DNA of 58,346 nucleotides from Pseudomonadota bacterium (GCA_031416315.1 JANOTL010000002.1:1-58346); one strand, 5' to 3'; numbered from the stretch's first letter, positions 37,270 to 47,317 are shown. Notes: generated by a model not told the origin, from the letters alone. Numbers and translations are program-made.

Positions 37270-39873
37270 TCAGGTCGGAGGTTCGGTGTTCGGCAACGAC
37301 CCAATGACTTCTTGCAGCTCGATCGCAAGCTTCTTGAGCTCCACCGGCAGGTCTTCGACCGGGACGACGTCGTCGCGTGTGAGGGCCTTGAGCTTCGCTT
37401 CCAGGGCCGTCTTTAGCTCCGCGCCGGCGCCTTCGTTGAAGGTCTCCGGAAAGGCGTCGACCATGCTCGGAGCCAAGAGTCGCGTCGCCGCAAGGCGGAA
37501 TTTTTGCTCGTAGTAGGGCTTTTTCGCGTCGACGACGACGCCCCCGACGTCGCCGGAGACGCTCTCGGAGCCGTCGGCGAGCAGGATCGCGGTCGCCATC
37601 GCTTTGAGGCTCGCGGCCGTGCCATCCTTGTCCCAAGCGGCATAGGGGCCGGCGACCTCGTCGACGAGAATCGCGATGGCTTCGACGAGAAGCCTCTCAC
37701 CGAGCTTTTCGTAGTAGCCGTCAGCGATCTCTGTCATGTAGCCGAGCTCTTCGGCGCTGAACGCGAACGCATTGCCGTGCGGACCGGCGCCGGTGGCGAA
37801 TCCGGGAGCCGCGATGAGCTCACGGAATCTTTGCGCCGCGCCCGCGGAGACCGGCGGCAACCAGGTGCCGTCGGCTTGCAGCACAGGCGTCAACGACGTA
37901 AGGAGGCTAGCGATGCCGCCAAACGCGGCGACCGCGCTCGTCTGATAGGCGAGGATTGCCGCATCTTCCTCGTCCCTGTTCAAGGTCGAAGTGTACTTGA
38001 ACGATTCGGCGATCTTCAGGAAGCGCGCTTTCGAGGTCTTGAAGTCCTTTAGCATGGCGCTGAGGTAAAACAAGGAGTCGGTATAATCGAAGGCGGCGTC
38101 GCTAGGCTCGAGGCGCACCTCCTGCACGGGGACGGAAGGACCGCCGTCGAGCGGCGCCTTGGCGGCGATGAAGCGTGCGGCAAGGCCGGCGACTGCGCGC
38201 GACTCGACCGTCATCCAGTCCGTGAAGGTCGCCTCGATCGGCGGTCCGGGCGTGGCGAAGGTGACGCAGTCGGGCATCGTGCTCACGGCCTCGTCGCTGC
38301 AGAAACCGCCGAAATCGATGGCCCGATGATCCGCGGCAGGCGCGTAGGCCCAAGCGATCGCGGCGGCGTCGTACTTGAACGCCGGCTGGCCGAGGCGGAT
38401 CTGCGCGCCCGCGAGCGCGCTCCACTGGAAGCCGAGGTAGTCCATTACCGAGTTCGTGATCGTCAAGTTCAACGGCGGATTGCCCGTCTTCATGTAGTTG
38501 GCGAGCGCGAAGTTGAGCTCGGTCGGCGGCAAAGTCGCGCCGTTCTTCGCGTGGAAGTTGTGGCGCAGGCCGAGCGTGTGGCCGATCTCGTGGGCGACGA
38601 GCGCGCGCACGAAATCTTGCGCGAAGCGTTTCACCGCCTCGTCGGAGGCGGCGTCCAGGGCGAGGACTTGGCCGAGCGTGTCCGCGAAAGCGCTGCGGCG
38701 GTTCTCGAAACAAGCCTTCGGGCGACGGCCGGGAACGTGCGCCTCGCCGAGCTGAAAGTCCTTGCGATTCGAGAGCTTTGAGACGTCGAAAGCGCGCGCC
38801 CTACGGCCGTCGGCCGAGACGGCGGGCCGCGCCCGCGGGGCCGCCAGGAAGCTCGCCGCCGCCGCACGCGAGTCGACGACGAAGGTCGTCGGCACGAAGA
38901 TCTGCGCCTGCTTGGTCTCGCCCGTCATCGGATCGGAGACCCAGTCGGCGTAGGCGAAGTCCATCGTCTCGTCTTCGATCCACTGCACGACGTTGTAGCC
39001 CGGCTCGTGCGGCAAGACGCCGGCGGGCAGGTCCTGGACCTGCACGACCTCGCGGCCGAAGGCGCGGTTCCAGTAAAGAATGCCGTCGCGCACGGCCGGC
39101 TTAAAGTCCTCGGGAATCGTCGTCGGGACGTGGAAGACGATCGGCTTCGACGCGTCCCAGCGGTTGATCCAGTAGCGCTCGTGGCCCTGAGCGTCGCGCT
39201 CGGGGAGCCAGTTCTCAAAGAAGCCCACCTTCGCGAAGGCCTCGATGCCGGTGCGCTTCGCGAAACCGGGAGTCGCGGCGTAGGGCGACAGCGTGTACTT
39301 CACCTGCGCGACAAACGGCTTGCCGCCGGCGCTTTGCGACATCTCGACGAACTGGTCTACGAAAAGGTCGTTGCCCTTCACATAAACTTTGTCGATAACG
39401 CTGGCCAGCACGCCGTCCGGAGCGTCGCCGCCGGAGCCTAGGTCGCCGAACTCGTTGATCATCGACACCAGGAACGAGGTGATACCTTTGTTGAAGTCGA
39501 AGGTCAGGACGCCGTCCGCGGAGACCGCGTCGATCTCGAAAGAAGCGAGGAGATGGTGCGCGGGCAAGGACGTCTTCGTCGTATCCTCGAAGAGGTAAAG
39601 GCGGCCGCCCTTCTCTTGAAAGCGCACGATGCGCGGCGGATACGCTACGCTCAGCGCGAGCGGCGGGCCCGAGGCGAGCGCGGGCGCGAGGAGGAAGGGC
39701 TGGCTCAAAGCCTCCCGCGACAGCCGCATCATGTATCCGTCGTCGTTCGGCTCGATGTCGAATCCGGGCGAGGCGCCCTGAGCATCGCCGCCGTCGTCGG
39801 TAAACGAGCCGCAACCGGACGAGAGAACGACGGCAAGAGCAACGGCTACCGGCGCCAATACGCGCATGTGCAC
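37270..39873 (-). CDS. Zinc-dependent metalloprotease lipoprotein (metzincin, EcxA/DUF4953-like)
   Basis: HEIGHTLGLRHN, Met-turn SVMDY, YDAAAIAWAY, lipobox SSGC. Confidence 0.9.
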   Translation of the reverse strand: MHMRVLAPVAVALAVVLSSGCGSFTDDGGDAQGASPGFDIEPNDDGYMMRLSREALSQPFLLAPALASGPPLALSVAYPPRIVRFQEKGGRLYLFEDTTKTSLPAHHLLASFEIDAVSADGVLTFDFNKGITSFLVSMINEFGDLGSGGDAPDGVLASVIDKVYVKGNDLFVDQFVEMSQSAGGKPFVAQVKYTLSPYAATPGFAKRTGIEAFAKVGFFENWLPERDAQGHERYWINRWDASKPIVFHVPTTIPEDFKPAVRDGILYWNRAFGREVVQVQDLPAGVLPHEPGYNVVQWIEDETMDFAYADWVSDPMTGETKQAQIFVPTTFVVDSRAAAASFLAAPRARPAVSADGRRARAFDVSKLSNRKDFQLGEAHVPGRRPKACFENRRSAFADTLGQVLALDAASDEAVKRFAQDFVRALVAHEIGHTLGLRHNFHAKNGATLPPTELNFALANYMKTGNPPLNLTITNSVMDYLGFQWSALAGAQIRLGQPAFKYDAAAIAWAYAPAADHRAIDFGGFCSDEAVSTMPDCVTFATPGPPIEATFTDWMTVESRAVAGLAARFIAAKAPLDGGPSVPVQEVRLEPSDAAFDYTDSLFYLSAMLKDFKTSKARFLKIAESFKYTSTLNRDEEDAAILAYQTSAVAAFGGIASLLTSLTPVLQADGTWLPPVSAGAAQRFRELIAAPGFATGAGPHGNAFAFSAEELGYMTEIADGYYEKLGERLLVEAIAILVDEVAGPYAAWDKDGTAASLKAMATAILLADGSESVSGDVGGVVVDAKKPYYEQKFRLAATRLLAPSMVDAFPETFNEGAGAELKTALEAKLKALTRDDVVPVEDLPVELKKLAIELQEVIGSLPNTEPPT

Positions 39874-40017
39874 CTCGGGTGGAGGAAGATGGGACTCCTC
39901 CAGGGTAGCCGGGCCGCGGGGCGCCGGAAAACAAGCAGCTCTTGCCTAGGTTCCTCGTGTCGAGGGACTCCACCATTCCCCTGATCGGTCGCGCTTGGCG
40001 ACGGCGACGAGAACGGC

Positions 40018-40869
40018 TCAACCCGCCTTGGGCTCCGCGGGCTTCTGCTCCTCAGCGCCGAAGACGAAGAAGCTTTCCAGCGTGCCGCGGCCCTTCAAGG
40101 CGACGCGGCCGCGCGGCTCGAACTGGAAGCCTTCCCGGAGGCGCTCGGCGACGTCAGCGCTGACGTGGACCCGACCGGGCGCGCCGGCAGTCTCGAGCCG
40201 CGCCGCGATGTTCACGGTGTCGCCCCACAGGTCGTAGACGAAGCGGCGGCGTCCGATGACGCCCGCGACGACGGGTCCGGTGTGCACACCGATGCGCACC
40301 TCGATCGGCATGCCGGTCATCGCGGTGTAACGCTTGACGGCGTCGCGCATGTCGAGAGCGAGCGCGACGAGGCGCCGCTCGGGGTCCTCGACGACGGTCG
40401 GCGCACCGGCGACGGCCATGTAAGCGTCGCCGATAGTCTTGATTTTCTCGACGCCGTGCACGGTGACCAGCGCATCGAAGCGGCTGAAGAGGGCGTCGAG
40501 CAAGGCGACGATCGCCTCCGGCGACTCCTTCGCGGAGAGCGCGGTGAAGCCGACGATGTCGGCGAAGAGCACGGCCACGCGGTCGAAACGCTGCACGATC
40601 TGGACGTCGTCGCCTTCGGCGAGGAAGCGGTCCGCGATCGTCTCGGGGAAGACGTTGCGCAGGAGGCCGTCGGCGCGCGCCTGCGCCTCTTTCAGCGCCA
40701 GCTCGAGGATGTATTTTTGGCGGCGGCTGTTTTCGACCACGTAGGAGCTGCCGACCGTGATGCCAAAGGCCAGGGCGAGTTGCCCGCAGACGAAACCGAA
40801 AATGTCGGCCGAATAGAGCTGCTTGAAGTGCGCGTATCCAGCGAAGAAGCCCACCGTGAGGACCGACAT
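40018..40869 (-). CDS. Class III adenylate cyclase with a short membrane anchor
   Basis: FADIVGFT, KIKTIGDAYM, YDLWGDTVNIAARLE (K/D ATP-specificity residues). Start uncertain. Confidence 0.88.
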   Translation of the reverse strand: MSVLTVGFFAGYAHFKQLYSADIFGFVCGQLALAFGITVGSSYVVENSRRQKYILELALKEAQARADGLLRNVFPETIADRFLAEGDDVQIVQRFDRVAVLFADIVGFTALSAKESPEAIVALLDALFSRFDALVTVHGVEKIKTIGDAYMAVAGAPTVVEDPERRLVALALDMRDAVKRYTAMTGMPIEVRIGVHTGPVVAGVIGRRRFVYDLWGDTVNIAARLETAGAPGRVHVSADVAERLREGFQFEPRGRVALKGRGTLESFFVFGAEEQKPAEPKAG

Positions 40870-40912
40870 CCCAACGCGCGGCAGAAAACCCACGGGGACT
40901 TTTTTGAGCGGC

Positions 40913-42313
40913 TTACTCCTGCGGCGGTCCCCACTGCGGCGTCTGCGCCTCGTAAAGCCCCGTCTGCAACTGCCTTTGCGCCGTTCCATCGCGGTTCATC
41001 ACGAAGAGCTGGGCGACGCTTTTAACGTCGCGGCCCTGCGTCCGGTTCGAATGAAACGCGATCATCTGCCCGTTCGGCGACCAGCTCGGGCGCTCGTTGT
41101 CTCCGGCACGGATCGTCAGGCGCTCCATGTTGGTGCCGTCGGGATTCATGATGAAGATGTCGAAGCGGTCGGTGTCGCGGTCGTAGCCGGCGAACGCGAG
41201 CTTGTCGGAGTCGGGGGTCCAGGCGGGCGTTGCGTTGTACCAGCCGGCATAGGTCAAGCGCTTGTCGCCGAGCACCTTCGGGGCGAGCTCGGAGTCCCAC
41301 TTCACTTCGGCGATGAAGATGTGCGGGTTGCCGTAGCGGCCGGAGACGTATGCCATCCACTTGCCGTCGGGCGAGAAGGTCGGGTCGACGTCCAAGCCCG
41401 AGCCGCGCACGAAGAGCTTCGAGCCCGTGCCGTCCGGCTTGATCGTGTAGATGTCGGCGTCGCCGTCGACCGAGCCGGTGAAGGCGACGAGCTTGTTGTT
41501 GAAGGACCAGTTGGCGCCGGAGTTCAGGCCCTTTCGGCCCGAAAGCTTGCGTTTCCGTCCGGTCGCGAGCTCGTAGATGTAGAGGTCGGGGTTGCCTTCC
41601 TCGTAGCTCGTGAAGGTGATGTAGCGGCCGTCTCGGCTCCACGAGGGCGACAGGTTCGGCTGTTTGGTCTTCGTGATCGCGGCGGCATTCGAGCCGTCGA
41701 AGTCCGAGACGTAGATCTGCTTCATGGCGCCGCGGTTGGCGCGACCGACGAAGACGAGCTTCGACGAGAAAATGCCGGCCTTGCCCGTGTAGGCCTCGAG
41801 CAGGCGGTCCGCGTAGGTCGCGATCACCTTCTTGAACTGAGCCGACTGCACCTTCGAGTACTTCTTGCCGAGGACGAGCTTGCCCTGGTGGATGTCGGCG
41901 GTGCGCAGCTCGACGGTCAGGTCGCCACCCTCGCGCGTCAACGCACCGAGGTTCAAGGCCTCCGTGCCGACGTTCTTCCACGCCGGCAGCTCGATGCCGT
42001 CGATGCCTTTGCCCTGCATCGCCGCGTTGTCCATCTTCTTCACTAGGTCGTTGTAAGCGGCCGGGTCCATGACGTTGAAGAAGCCGGAGAAGACGAGGAG
42101 GCGCGTGAGCTCGGCGGCGCCTTCCTTCGCGAGCTTCGCGAGCTCGGCGTCGCTTTCCGGGATGGCGCGAAACTCCGGGAGCGAGATCACCAGCTTGCGG
42201 AAGTTCGGGTTGTCGATGTTGATCATGAGCGGCGCGCCGGCGGCATAGGCGCCCGGGGCCGGCATCAGGGACGAGACGATCAGGGACGATAGAACCAGGG
42301 CCAGAAAACGCAT
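40913..42313 (-). CDS. tolB: Tol-Pal beta-propeller TolB
   Basis: IYVSDFDG; PD40 repeats (SPSWSRDG, PTFSPDG, PSWSPNG); position in the operon. Confidence 0.93.
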   Translation of the reverse strand: MRFLALVLSSLIVSSLMPAPGAYAAGAPLMINIDNPNFRKLVISLPEFRAIPESDAELAKLAKEGAAELTRLLVFSGFFNVMDPAAYNDLVKKMDNAAMQGKGIDGIELPAWKNVGTEALNLGALTREGGDLTVELRTADIHQGKLVLGKKYSKVQSAQFKKVIATYADRLLEAYTGKAGIFSSKLVFVGRANRGAMKQIYVSDFDGSNAAAITKTKQPNLSPSWSRDGRYITFTSYEEGNPDLYIYELATGRKRKLSGRKGLNSGANWSFNNKLVAFTGSVDGDADIYTIKPDGTGSKLFVRGSGLDVDPTFSPDGKWMAYVSGRYGNPHIFIAEVKWDSELAPKVLGDKRLTYAGWYNATPAWTPDSDKLAFAGYDRDTDRFDIFIMNPDGTNMERLTIRAGDNERPSWSPNGQMIAFHSNRTQGRDVKSVAQLFVMNRDGTAQRQLQTGLYEAQTPQWGPPQE

Positions 42314-42326
42314 GGGGAAGACTCCT

Positions 42327-43286
42327 CTAGGGGGTCAAGTTGATGACGATGGCTTCGCCGACCAGATCCGGCGGCGGCTTGGGCAATGGCACCGAGGCCT
42401 TCACGGCTTCGAGCGTGAGCGAGTCGAAGACGGGATCGCCCGAGGACTGGTCGACGTCGAGTTGGATGATCTCGCCGGCGTCGTTGATCGAGAGGTTGAT
42501 GACGGCGCGGATCGTGGCGCCCTTGAGGTTGTAAACCTCGGGGAGCGAGTAGTTGGTGCGGATCGCCTCGCGCAGCATCGCGAGGTACTTTTTGGCGCGC
42601 GCGCCGTTGATCGAGGTGCCGGCGCCCTTGTTGAGCGTGCCCTTCTTCGCCAAGGCGTCGGCGATCTGGGCCAGAGGATCTTTTTCGGGCGCCTCGAGCT
42701 CCTTCGCCGTCTTCTGCTGCTGGCGGAGTTGCTCCATCGCCAGGCGCTTTAGGGCGTCGGTCATCTGGAGCTTATTCTTCTGGTCATCTTCCTTGGTGAT
42801 CGCAGGCTCGGCCTTCTTCTCCTCCGGCGCGGGCTTCGCCTCGACGACCGGCTTTTTCTCCTCGATCTTCTCCTCGGCGATCTCTTCCTCTTTCTGCTTC
42901 GGCTGCTCGACCGTGAAGTTCTTCGGGAGCTGCGGCAGGAGGTTATCGGGGACCTTCGCCTCCTCCGCCTTCTTCAAGGCGTCGGGGATGGCGGTGATCG
43001 GCGGCGCCGTCGACTCGAGGTCGGGGACGAGGTCGGCGGCGATCTCGAACTCCTCTTCCATCACGATCTTGTCGCGCGCGAGTTTCCAGCCGCTGGAGAA
43101 GATGACGACGGCGTGCACGGCGACCGACACGACGATGAAGCCCTTGATGAGCTTCTCCTCGAGCGTCGGCGGCGCCACCGCATCGCGGTTCAGGGCGGTT
43201 CCCGGACGGCGGATGAGCGGGCCCGTCGGCGGCTGAGCGCCGCCGTGGTCCCCGCCTCCACCGGCGCTCCCGGCCCTTGCGCTCAA
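42327..43286 (-). CDS. tolA: TolA/TonB-like energy transducer
   Basis: Single TM with SVAVH, K/E-rich linker, SSGDPVFD...AV...PLPKPP C-domain. Confidence 0.82.
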   Translation of the reverse strand: MSARAGSAGGGGDHGGAQPPTGPLIRRPGTALNRDAVAPPTLEEKLIKGFIVVSVAVHAVVIFSSGWKLARDKIVMEEEFEIAADLVPDLESTAPPITAIPDALKKAEEAKVPDNLLPQLPKNFTVEQPKQKEEEIAEEKIEEKKPVVEAKPAPEEKKAEPAITKEDDQKNKLQMTDALKRLAMEQLRQQQKTAKELEAPEKDPLAQIADALAKKGTLNKGAGTSINGARAKKYLAMLREAIRTNYSLPEVYNLKGATIRAVINLSINDAGEIIQLDVDQSSGDPVFDSLTLEAVKASVPLPKPPPDLVGEAIVINLTP

Positions 43287-43738
43287 TTCTTCGCTCCCGT
43301 AGCGGGCGCCCCGCCGCCGGAGTTGGTGAGCATCGAGAGCTTGGCGACGCCGGCGAGCTTCGCCGCGCTCATCGCGTAGACGACCTTGCCGTACTGCACG
43401 CTCTGGTCGGCGCGGATGTAGAGCTCTTTCTTCTGCTTATGCTCGTAGATCGCCTTGAATTTCACCTCGAGCGCCGCGTCGGCGATGGGCGCCTTGTCGA
43501 GGAAGTACTGGCCGGCTTTGTCGATGGAGAGGACGACGCGATCCTCGTCGACGTTGCCGCCTTTGGCCTTCGTCTGCGGCAGGTCGACCTTGATCCCGCC
43601 GATGGAGAGCGGCGCGGTGACCATGAAGATGATGAGGAGGACCAGCATCACGTCCACGAGGGGAATGATGTTGATCTCGGCGATGTCCTCGTTGCCTTCG
43701 CTGCCGCCGCCGGATTGTCCCATGCGCCCGAAAGCCAT
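43283..43738 (-). CDS. tolR: TolR/ExbD
   Basis: EINIIPLVDVMLVLLIIFMVTAP, IRADQSVQYG. Confidence 0.93.
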   Translation of the reverse strand: MAFGRMGQSGGGSEGNEDIAEINIIPLVDVMLVLLIIFMVTAPLSIGGIKVDLPQTKAKGGNVDEDRVVLSIDKAGQYFLDKAPIADAALEVKFKAIYEHKQKKELYIRADQSVQYGKVVYAMSAAKLAGVAKLSMLTNSGGGAPATGAKN

Positions 43739-43739
43739 G

Positions 43740-44660
43740 TTAGAGGCGCTCCGACATCGGGGCGCCCGGCGGATGCGCGGCCGGCGACGGCGCGTGCGTC
43801 ACGTGCGCGCCGCCGCCGCCGCCGCCCTTCGGCTTGTCGGTGACGAGGTAGCGCTCGACGATGTTGAGGAAGTCGGCGGAGAAGCCGTCGATATTGATCA
43901 TCTGCGAGCGGATGCGCGTCGCGAAGATGTTGTAGCCGATGACCGCAGGGATCGCGGCGGCGAGGCCGAAAGCGGTCGCGATCAAGGCCTCCGAGATGCC
44001 CGGCGCGACGGCGGCGAGGCTCGCGCTGCCGGTGCGGGCGATGCCCTCGAAGGCGGTCATGATGCCCCAGACCGTGCCGAAAAGGCCGATGAACGGCGAG
44101 GCCGAGGAGCTGATCGCGAGCAGCGACATGAACTTCTCCATGCGCCGCTTCTCGAACTGCTTGGCTTTGCCGAGCGCACGATTCAGGTTGTCGAGCGCCG
44201 CATTGACGGCGAGCTCCGAGGTGGCGGCCTGCTCTTTCAGCTGCGAGCCCCGGACGAGCTCGGCGTACCCGGTTCGAAACACCTCGCGGACCGGCGAGTA
44301 CGCATACTCGCCGAGGCGACCGTTCAGGTCGTTGAGCGAGCGGCTGTCCCAGAAGCTCTTGATAAAGGCGTCCGAGGTCTTGGTCAGCTTGGCCAGATAA
44401 ATGAACTTCGCGATGACGACCGCCCAGGTGATGATGGACAGGCCCATCAGCACGAGGAGACAGGTGAAGACGACCAAGCCTCCCTGGAGCGCGCGGCCGA
44501 AGATCGACTGATGGCCGATGTTCGACTCCTGGATGGCCTCGACCGCGGTCGAAGCGGCGGCGCCGACCGCGGGCTGCGGCCCGGGAGCAGGTGTCGGGGC
44601 GGACAGTGCCAGCGTCGAGGAAAAAAGGAGCGAGAGCACGAGCAGGAAGAAAGGCCGCAT
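43740..44660 (-). CDS. tolQ: TolQ/ExbB proton channel
   Basis: SPFIGLFGTVWGIM, VAPGISEALIATAFGL.AAIPA. Confidence 0.93.
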   Translation of the reverse strand: MRPFFLLVLSLLFSSTLALSAPTPAPGPQPAVGAAASTAVEAIQESNIGHQSIFGRALQGGLVVFTCLLVLMGLSIITWAVVIAKFIYLAKLTKTSDAFIKSFWDSRSLNDLNGRLGEYAYSPVREVFRTGYAELVRGSQLKEQAATSELAVNAALDNLNRALGKAKQFEKRRMEKFMSLLAISSSASPFIGLFGTVWGIMTAFEGIARTGSASLAAVAPGISEALIATAFGLAAAIPAVIGYNIFATRIRSQMINIDGFSADFLNIVERYLVTDKPKGGGGGGAHVTHAPSPAAHPPGAPMSERL

Positions 44661-44779
44661 GACCCACCTTGTCGTAGGAAAAAAGTTCCTGGTGATCATG
44701 AAGTGTAGCATGCGGCACGGCAAACTTTAAGCCGCCAACATCGTTAGAATTAGTTAAGGTAAAAGGGGAGGTAACCGCT

Positions 44780-45727
44780 TTGCGCGCCTTGTTGCTCTTG
44801 CTGTGCGCCGTCGTCGGCGCGACCGGCGCCTTCGTCGCCTGCGATCCGGAGAAGACCCGGGGCGTGGCGCCGCCGGCGCCGGATTTCACCGCCTTCGAGC
44901 TGTCCGGGCCCCCCGACCGGCCCTTGGTGGTGATGATCCACGGCGTCTCGGGCCCGATGCGAGTCTGGGACGCCTTGGCCCCGGCGCTGCAGCGGGGCGG
45001 CTTTAGGACCCTGCGCTACGATCTCTTCGGCCGCGGGGCGTCAGGACGTCCGCCTGAGGCGGCCTACGACCTAACGACCTACCTGCCCCAGCTCGACCTT
45101 TTGCTCGCCGGCCAGGCGCCCGGGGGCGAGAGCGTCGACGCGCCAGGCAAGGTGCACCTCGTCGGCTCGTCGATGGGCGCGATCATCGCCTCGGCCTGGG
45201 CGACGGCGCATCCAGAGCGGGTCGCGTCGCTCACTCTCGTCGGGCCTGCAGGCTTTCCCCTTCAGGCCTCGCCGCTCGCGAAGCTCACGGGTCTTCCGGT
45301 GATCGGCGACTGGGCCATGGCGGTCTTCGGCGCCAGAAGCTTGGCCGAGCACAATCGCCGCTATTTCTTCGCGCCGGAGACGGCGCCCGCGTTCGCAACG
45401 CTCCAAACGGGATTCGAAGCGCAGCTCCTGGTTCGGGGCACCAAGCACGCGATCCTCCAAACGGTGCGCAACGCTCCTTTGCAGAGCTTCGGCCAGGGCT
45501 ACGCCGAGGCCGGCAAGCTAGCCGTGCCAAAGCTCGTCGTCTGGGGAAAAGAGGATCGCGCCTTTCCGTTCGTCCACCACACGGCCCTGCTCGAGCGCCT
45601 TCCGGGCGCGCGCTTCCTCGCCGTCGACGCGGCCGGCCATCTGCCGCAATACGAGAAACCGGAAATCGTCGGCCCGGCGGTCGTCGCCTTCCTGAACGAA
45701 CACCCCGCGGGTATCATCAGCCCATGA
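44780..45727 (+). CDS. Alpha/beta hydrolase, exported
   Basis: IHG, YDLFGRG, GSSMG nucleophile, WGKED, GHLPQYE. Confidence 0.9.
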   Translation: MRALLLLLCAVVGATGAFVACDPEKTRGVAPPAPDFTAFELSGPPDRPLVVMIHGVSGPMRVWDALAPALQRGGFRTLRYDLFGRGASGRPPEAAYDLTTYLPQLDLLLAGQAPGGESVDAPGKVHLVGSSMGAIIASAWATAHPERVASLTLVGPAGFPLQASPLAKLTGLPVIGDWAMAVFGARSLAEHNRRYFFAPETAPAFATLQTGFEAQLLVRGTKHAILQTVRNAPLQSFGQGYAEAGKLAVPKLVVWGKEDRAFPFVHHTALLERLPGARFLAVDAAGHLPQYEKPEIVGPAVVAFLNEHPAGIISP

Positions 45728-46269
45728 CCGACCAATTCGAAGACGCGCTCAAAGAGGTGTTCGCCAACGACCAAGAGGGCCCGCGCGAAGGCGTGGGCAA
45801 CGCCGTCGGCAAGCGCGCGCCGAATTTCACGCTGCCCGACCAGTTCGGCAACCCGACCCAGCTCTCCGATCTCTGCAAAGACGGCGCGGTCCTGCTCGCC
45901 TTCTACCCGGGCGACTTCACGCGGGTCTGCACGAAACAGCTTTGCAACTATCGCGATCACATGGCCGACTTCAAGAATCTCGGCATCCGCGTCGTCGGCA
46001 TCAGTCCGAACGCGGTCTACAGCCACTCGCAGTTCGCGAAAAAGCACGAGTTCGCGTTCAAGCTGCTTTCCGATTCGAAGCAGGTCGTGGCGCGCGCCTT
46101 CGACATCCAGTCGGCCTTCATGCTGGGCCGCTCGAGCCGCGCCGTCTTCATCATCAACCACCAGCGGATCGTTCTCTACCGTTACGTGGAGGCGACCATC
46201 CTGACGCACAAGAGCTCGGACGAGCTCGTGCGCATCATCGTCGACCTCAAGGCGAATAAGCTCCTTTGA
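45724..46269 (+). CDS. bcp: Peroxiredoxin Bcp/PrxQ
   Basis: APNFTL, FYPGDFTRVCTKQLC, GISP, LLSD. Confidence 0.88.
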   Translation: MTDQFEDALKEVFANDQEGPREGVGNAVGKRAPNFTLPDQFGNPTQLSDLCKDGAVLLAFYPGDFTRVCTKQLCNYRDHMADFKNLGIRVVGISPNAVYSHSQFAKKHEFAFKLLSDSKQVVARAFDIQSAFMLGRSSRAVFIINHQRIVLYRYVEATILTHKSSDELVRIIVDLKANKLL

Positions 46270-47275
46270 CGGCCGCGATGCGGCGGACCACCTGCGGCGG
46301 CGTCGCCAAGGGCCGCGGCACGAGCACGCTCGCGGCCAAGCGCGGCGCCGTTCTCTTCAGCCGTCTTACGGCCTCGCGTTGCGCTAGAGTCGCCGCGATG
46401 ACCTCGTCTAAGCCGTCAAAGCGCGGGCGCCAGCCGAAGCACTCCCGTATGAGCGAAGCGTCCGCGATCTGCGCTGCGGGGTCTCCCGTGCGGCGCCCGC
46501 CGCGGGCGACGGAGAAGCTGCGCCGCGACTGCGCCTTCACCGCGGCGATCACGTCCGCGACGCTGGTGCCGACGCCCGAGCCGCAGTCGGCGACCAGGGA
46601 GCTGCCGCCTCGTGCCAAATGCTCAAGGGCTAAGACGTAAGCCGAAGCAACGTCCTCCACGCGCAGATAGTCGCGGATCGCCGTGCCGTCCTCGGTGGGG
46701 AAATCGTCGCCATAGATCGCGAGACCGTCACGCTCGTGGGTCGCCGCGGCGCAAGCGGCGTCGATCAAGCCCTCGGGCTTCGCGCCGGCGATGCTGAAAT
46801 TCCGTAGCGCGACGTAGCGCATGCCGTAAGCGTGCGCGCAGTCGGAGAGCACTTGCTCGCCCATGCGCTTCGAGCTGGCGAAAGGCGAAAGCTGAGGCTC
46901 GCTGCAGGCGGCCGACGAGGCGTAGACGAAAGAGCGGACGTCGTGCGCGACGCAGAGCTGCAGCAGCGTCAACGTGTTTTGCAGGTTCTGCCGGTAGCAG
47001 GCCAAAGGCCGCCCGAGCGAGTCGTCGCCGGAGGTAAAGCCCGCGAGGTGCATCACCGCGTCGATCTTGTAGTGCGACAGCGCGTGATCGACCAAAACCA
47101 GATCCGCCAATTCACCGACGACGAGGCGCTCGCCGTGGATTAACGCGTCCTGACCGCCGTCTGCCAGGTTGTCGAAAATCACGGGCGAGAAGCCGGACTC
47201 CGAGAGCCGACGGGTCACGAAGCGTCCCACCTGCCCCAAGCCGCCAGTCACCAATACGTTTTGCTTGCGGTTCAT
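46247..47275 (-). CDS. GalE-like NAD-dependent epimerase with a degenerate active site
   Basis: VLVTGGLGQVG, MHLAG, YGDDFPTEDGTAIRDY, RRTGDPA; the catalytic YxxxK reads FASSK. Confidence 0.8.
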   Translation of the reverse strand: MNRKQNVLVTGGLGQVGRFVTRRLSESGFSPVIFDNLADGGQDALIHGERLVVGELADLVLVDHALSHYKIDAVMHLAGFTSGDDSLGRPLACYRQNLQNTLTLLQLCVAHDVRSFVYASSAACSEPQLSPFASSKRMGEQVLSDCAHAYGMRYVALRNFSIAGAKPEGLIDAACAAATHERDGLAIYGDDFPTEDGTAIRDYLRVEDVASAYVLALEHLARGGSSLVADCGSGVGTSVADVIAAVKAQSRRSFSVARGGRRTGDPAAQIADASLIRECFGWRPRFDGLDEVIAATLAQREAVRRLKRTAPRLAASVLVPRPLATPPQVVRRIAAVKGAYSP

Positions 47276-47301
47276 GCGTTCTCCTTGCAGGACTTCCTCA
47301 T

Positions 47302-47317
47302 TGCACGAGGGGTGCCA
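47302..47317 (-). promoter_or_regulatory. Sigma54 -24/-12 promoter candidate TGGCACCCCTCGTGCA
   Basis: GG-N10-GC spacing; 27 bp upstream of the GalE-like ATG, with AAGGAG RBS between. Confidence 0.6.

Noticed and set aside
44780..45727. Alpha/beta hydrolase as BioH
   Set aside because: It has an export signal and lies outside the bio operon; BioH acts in the cytoplasm.
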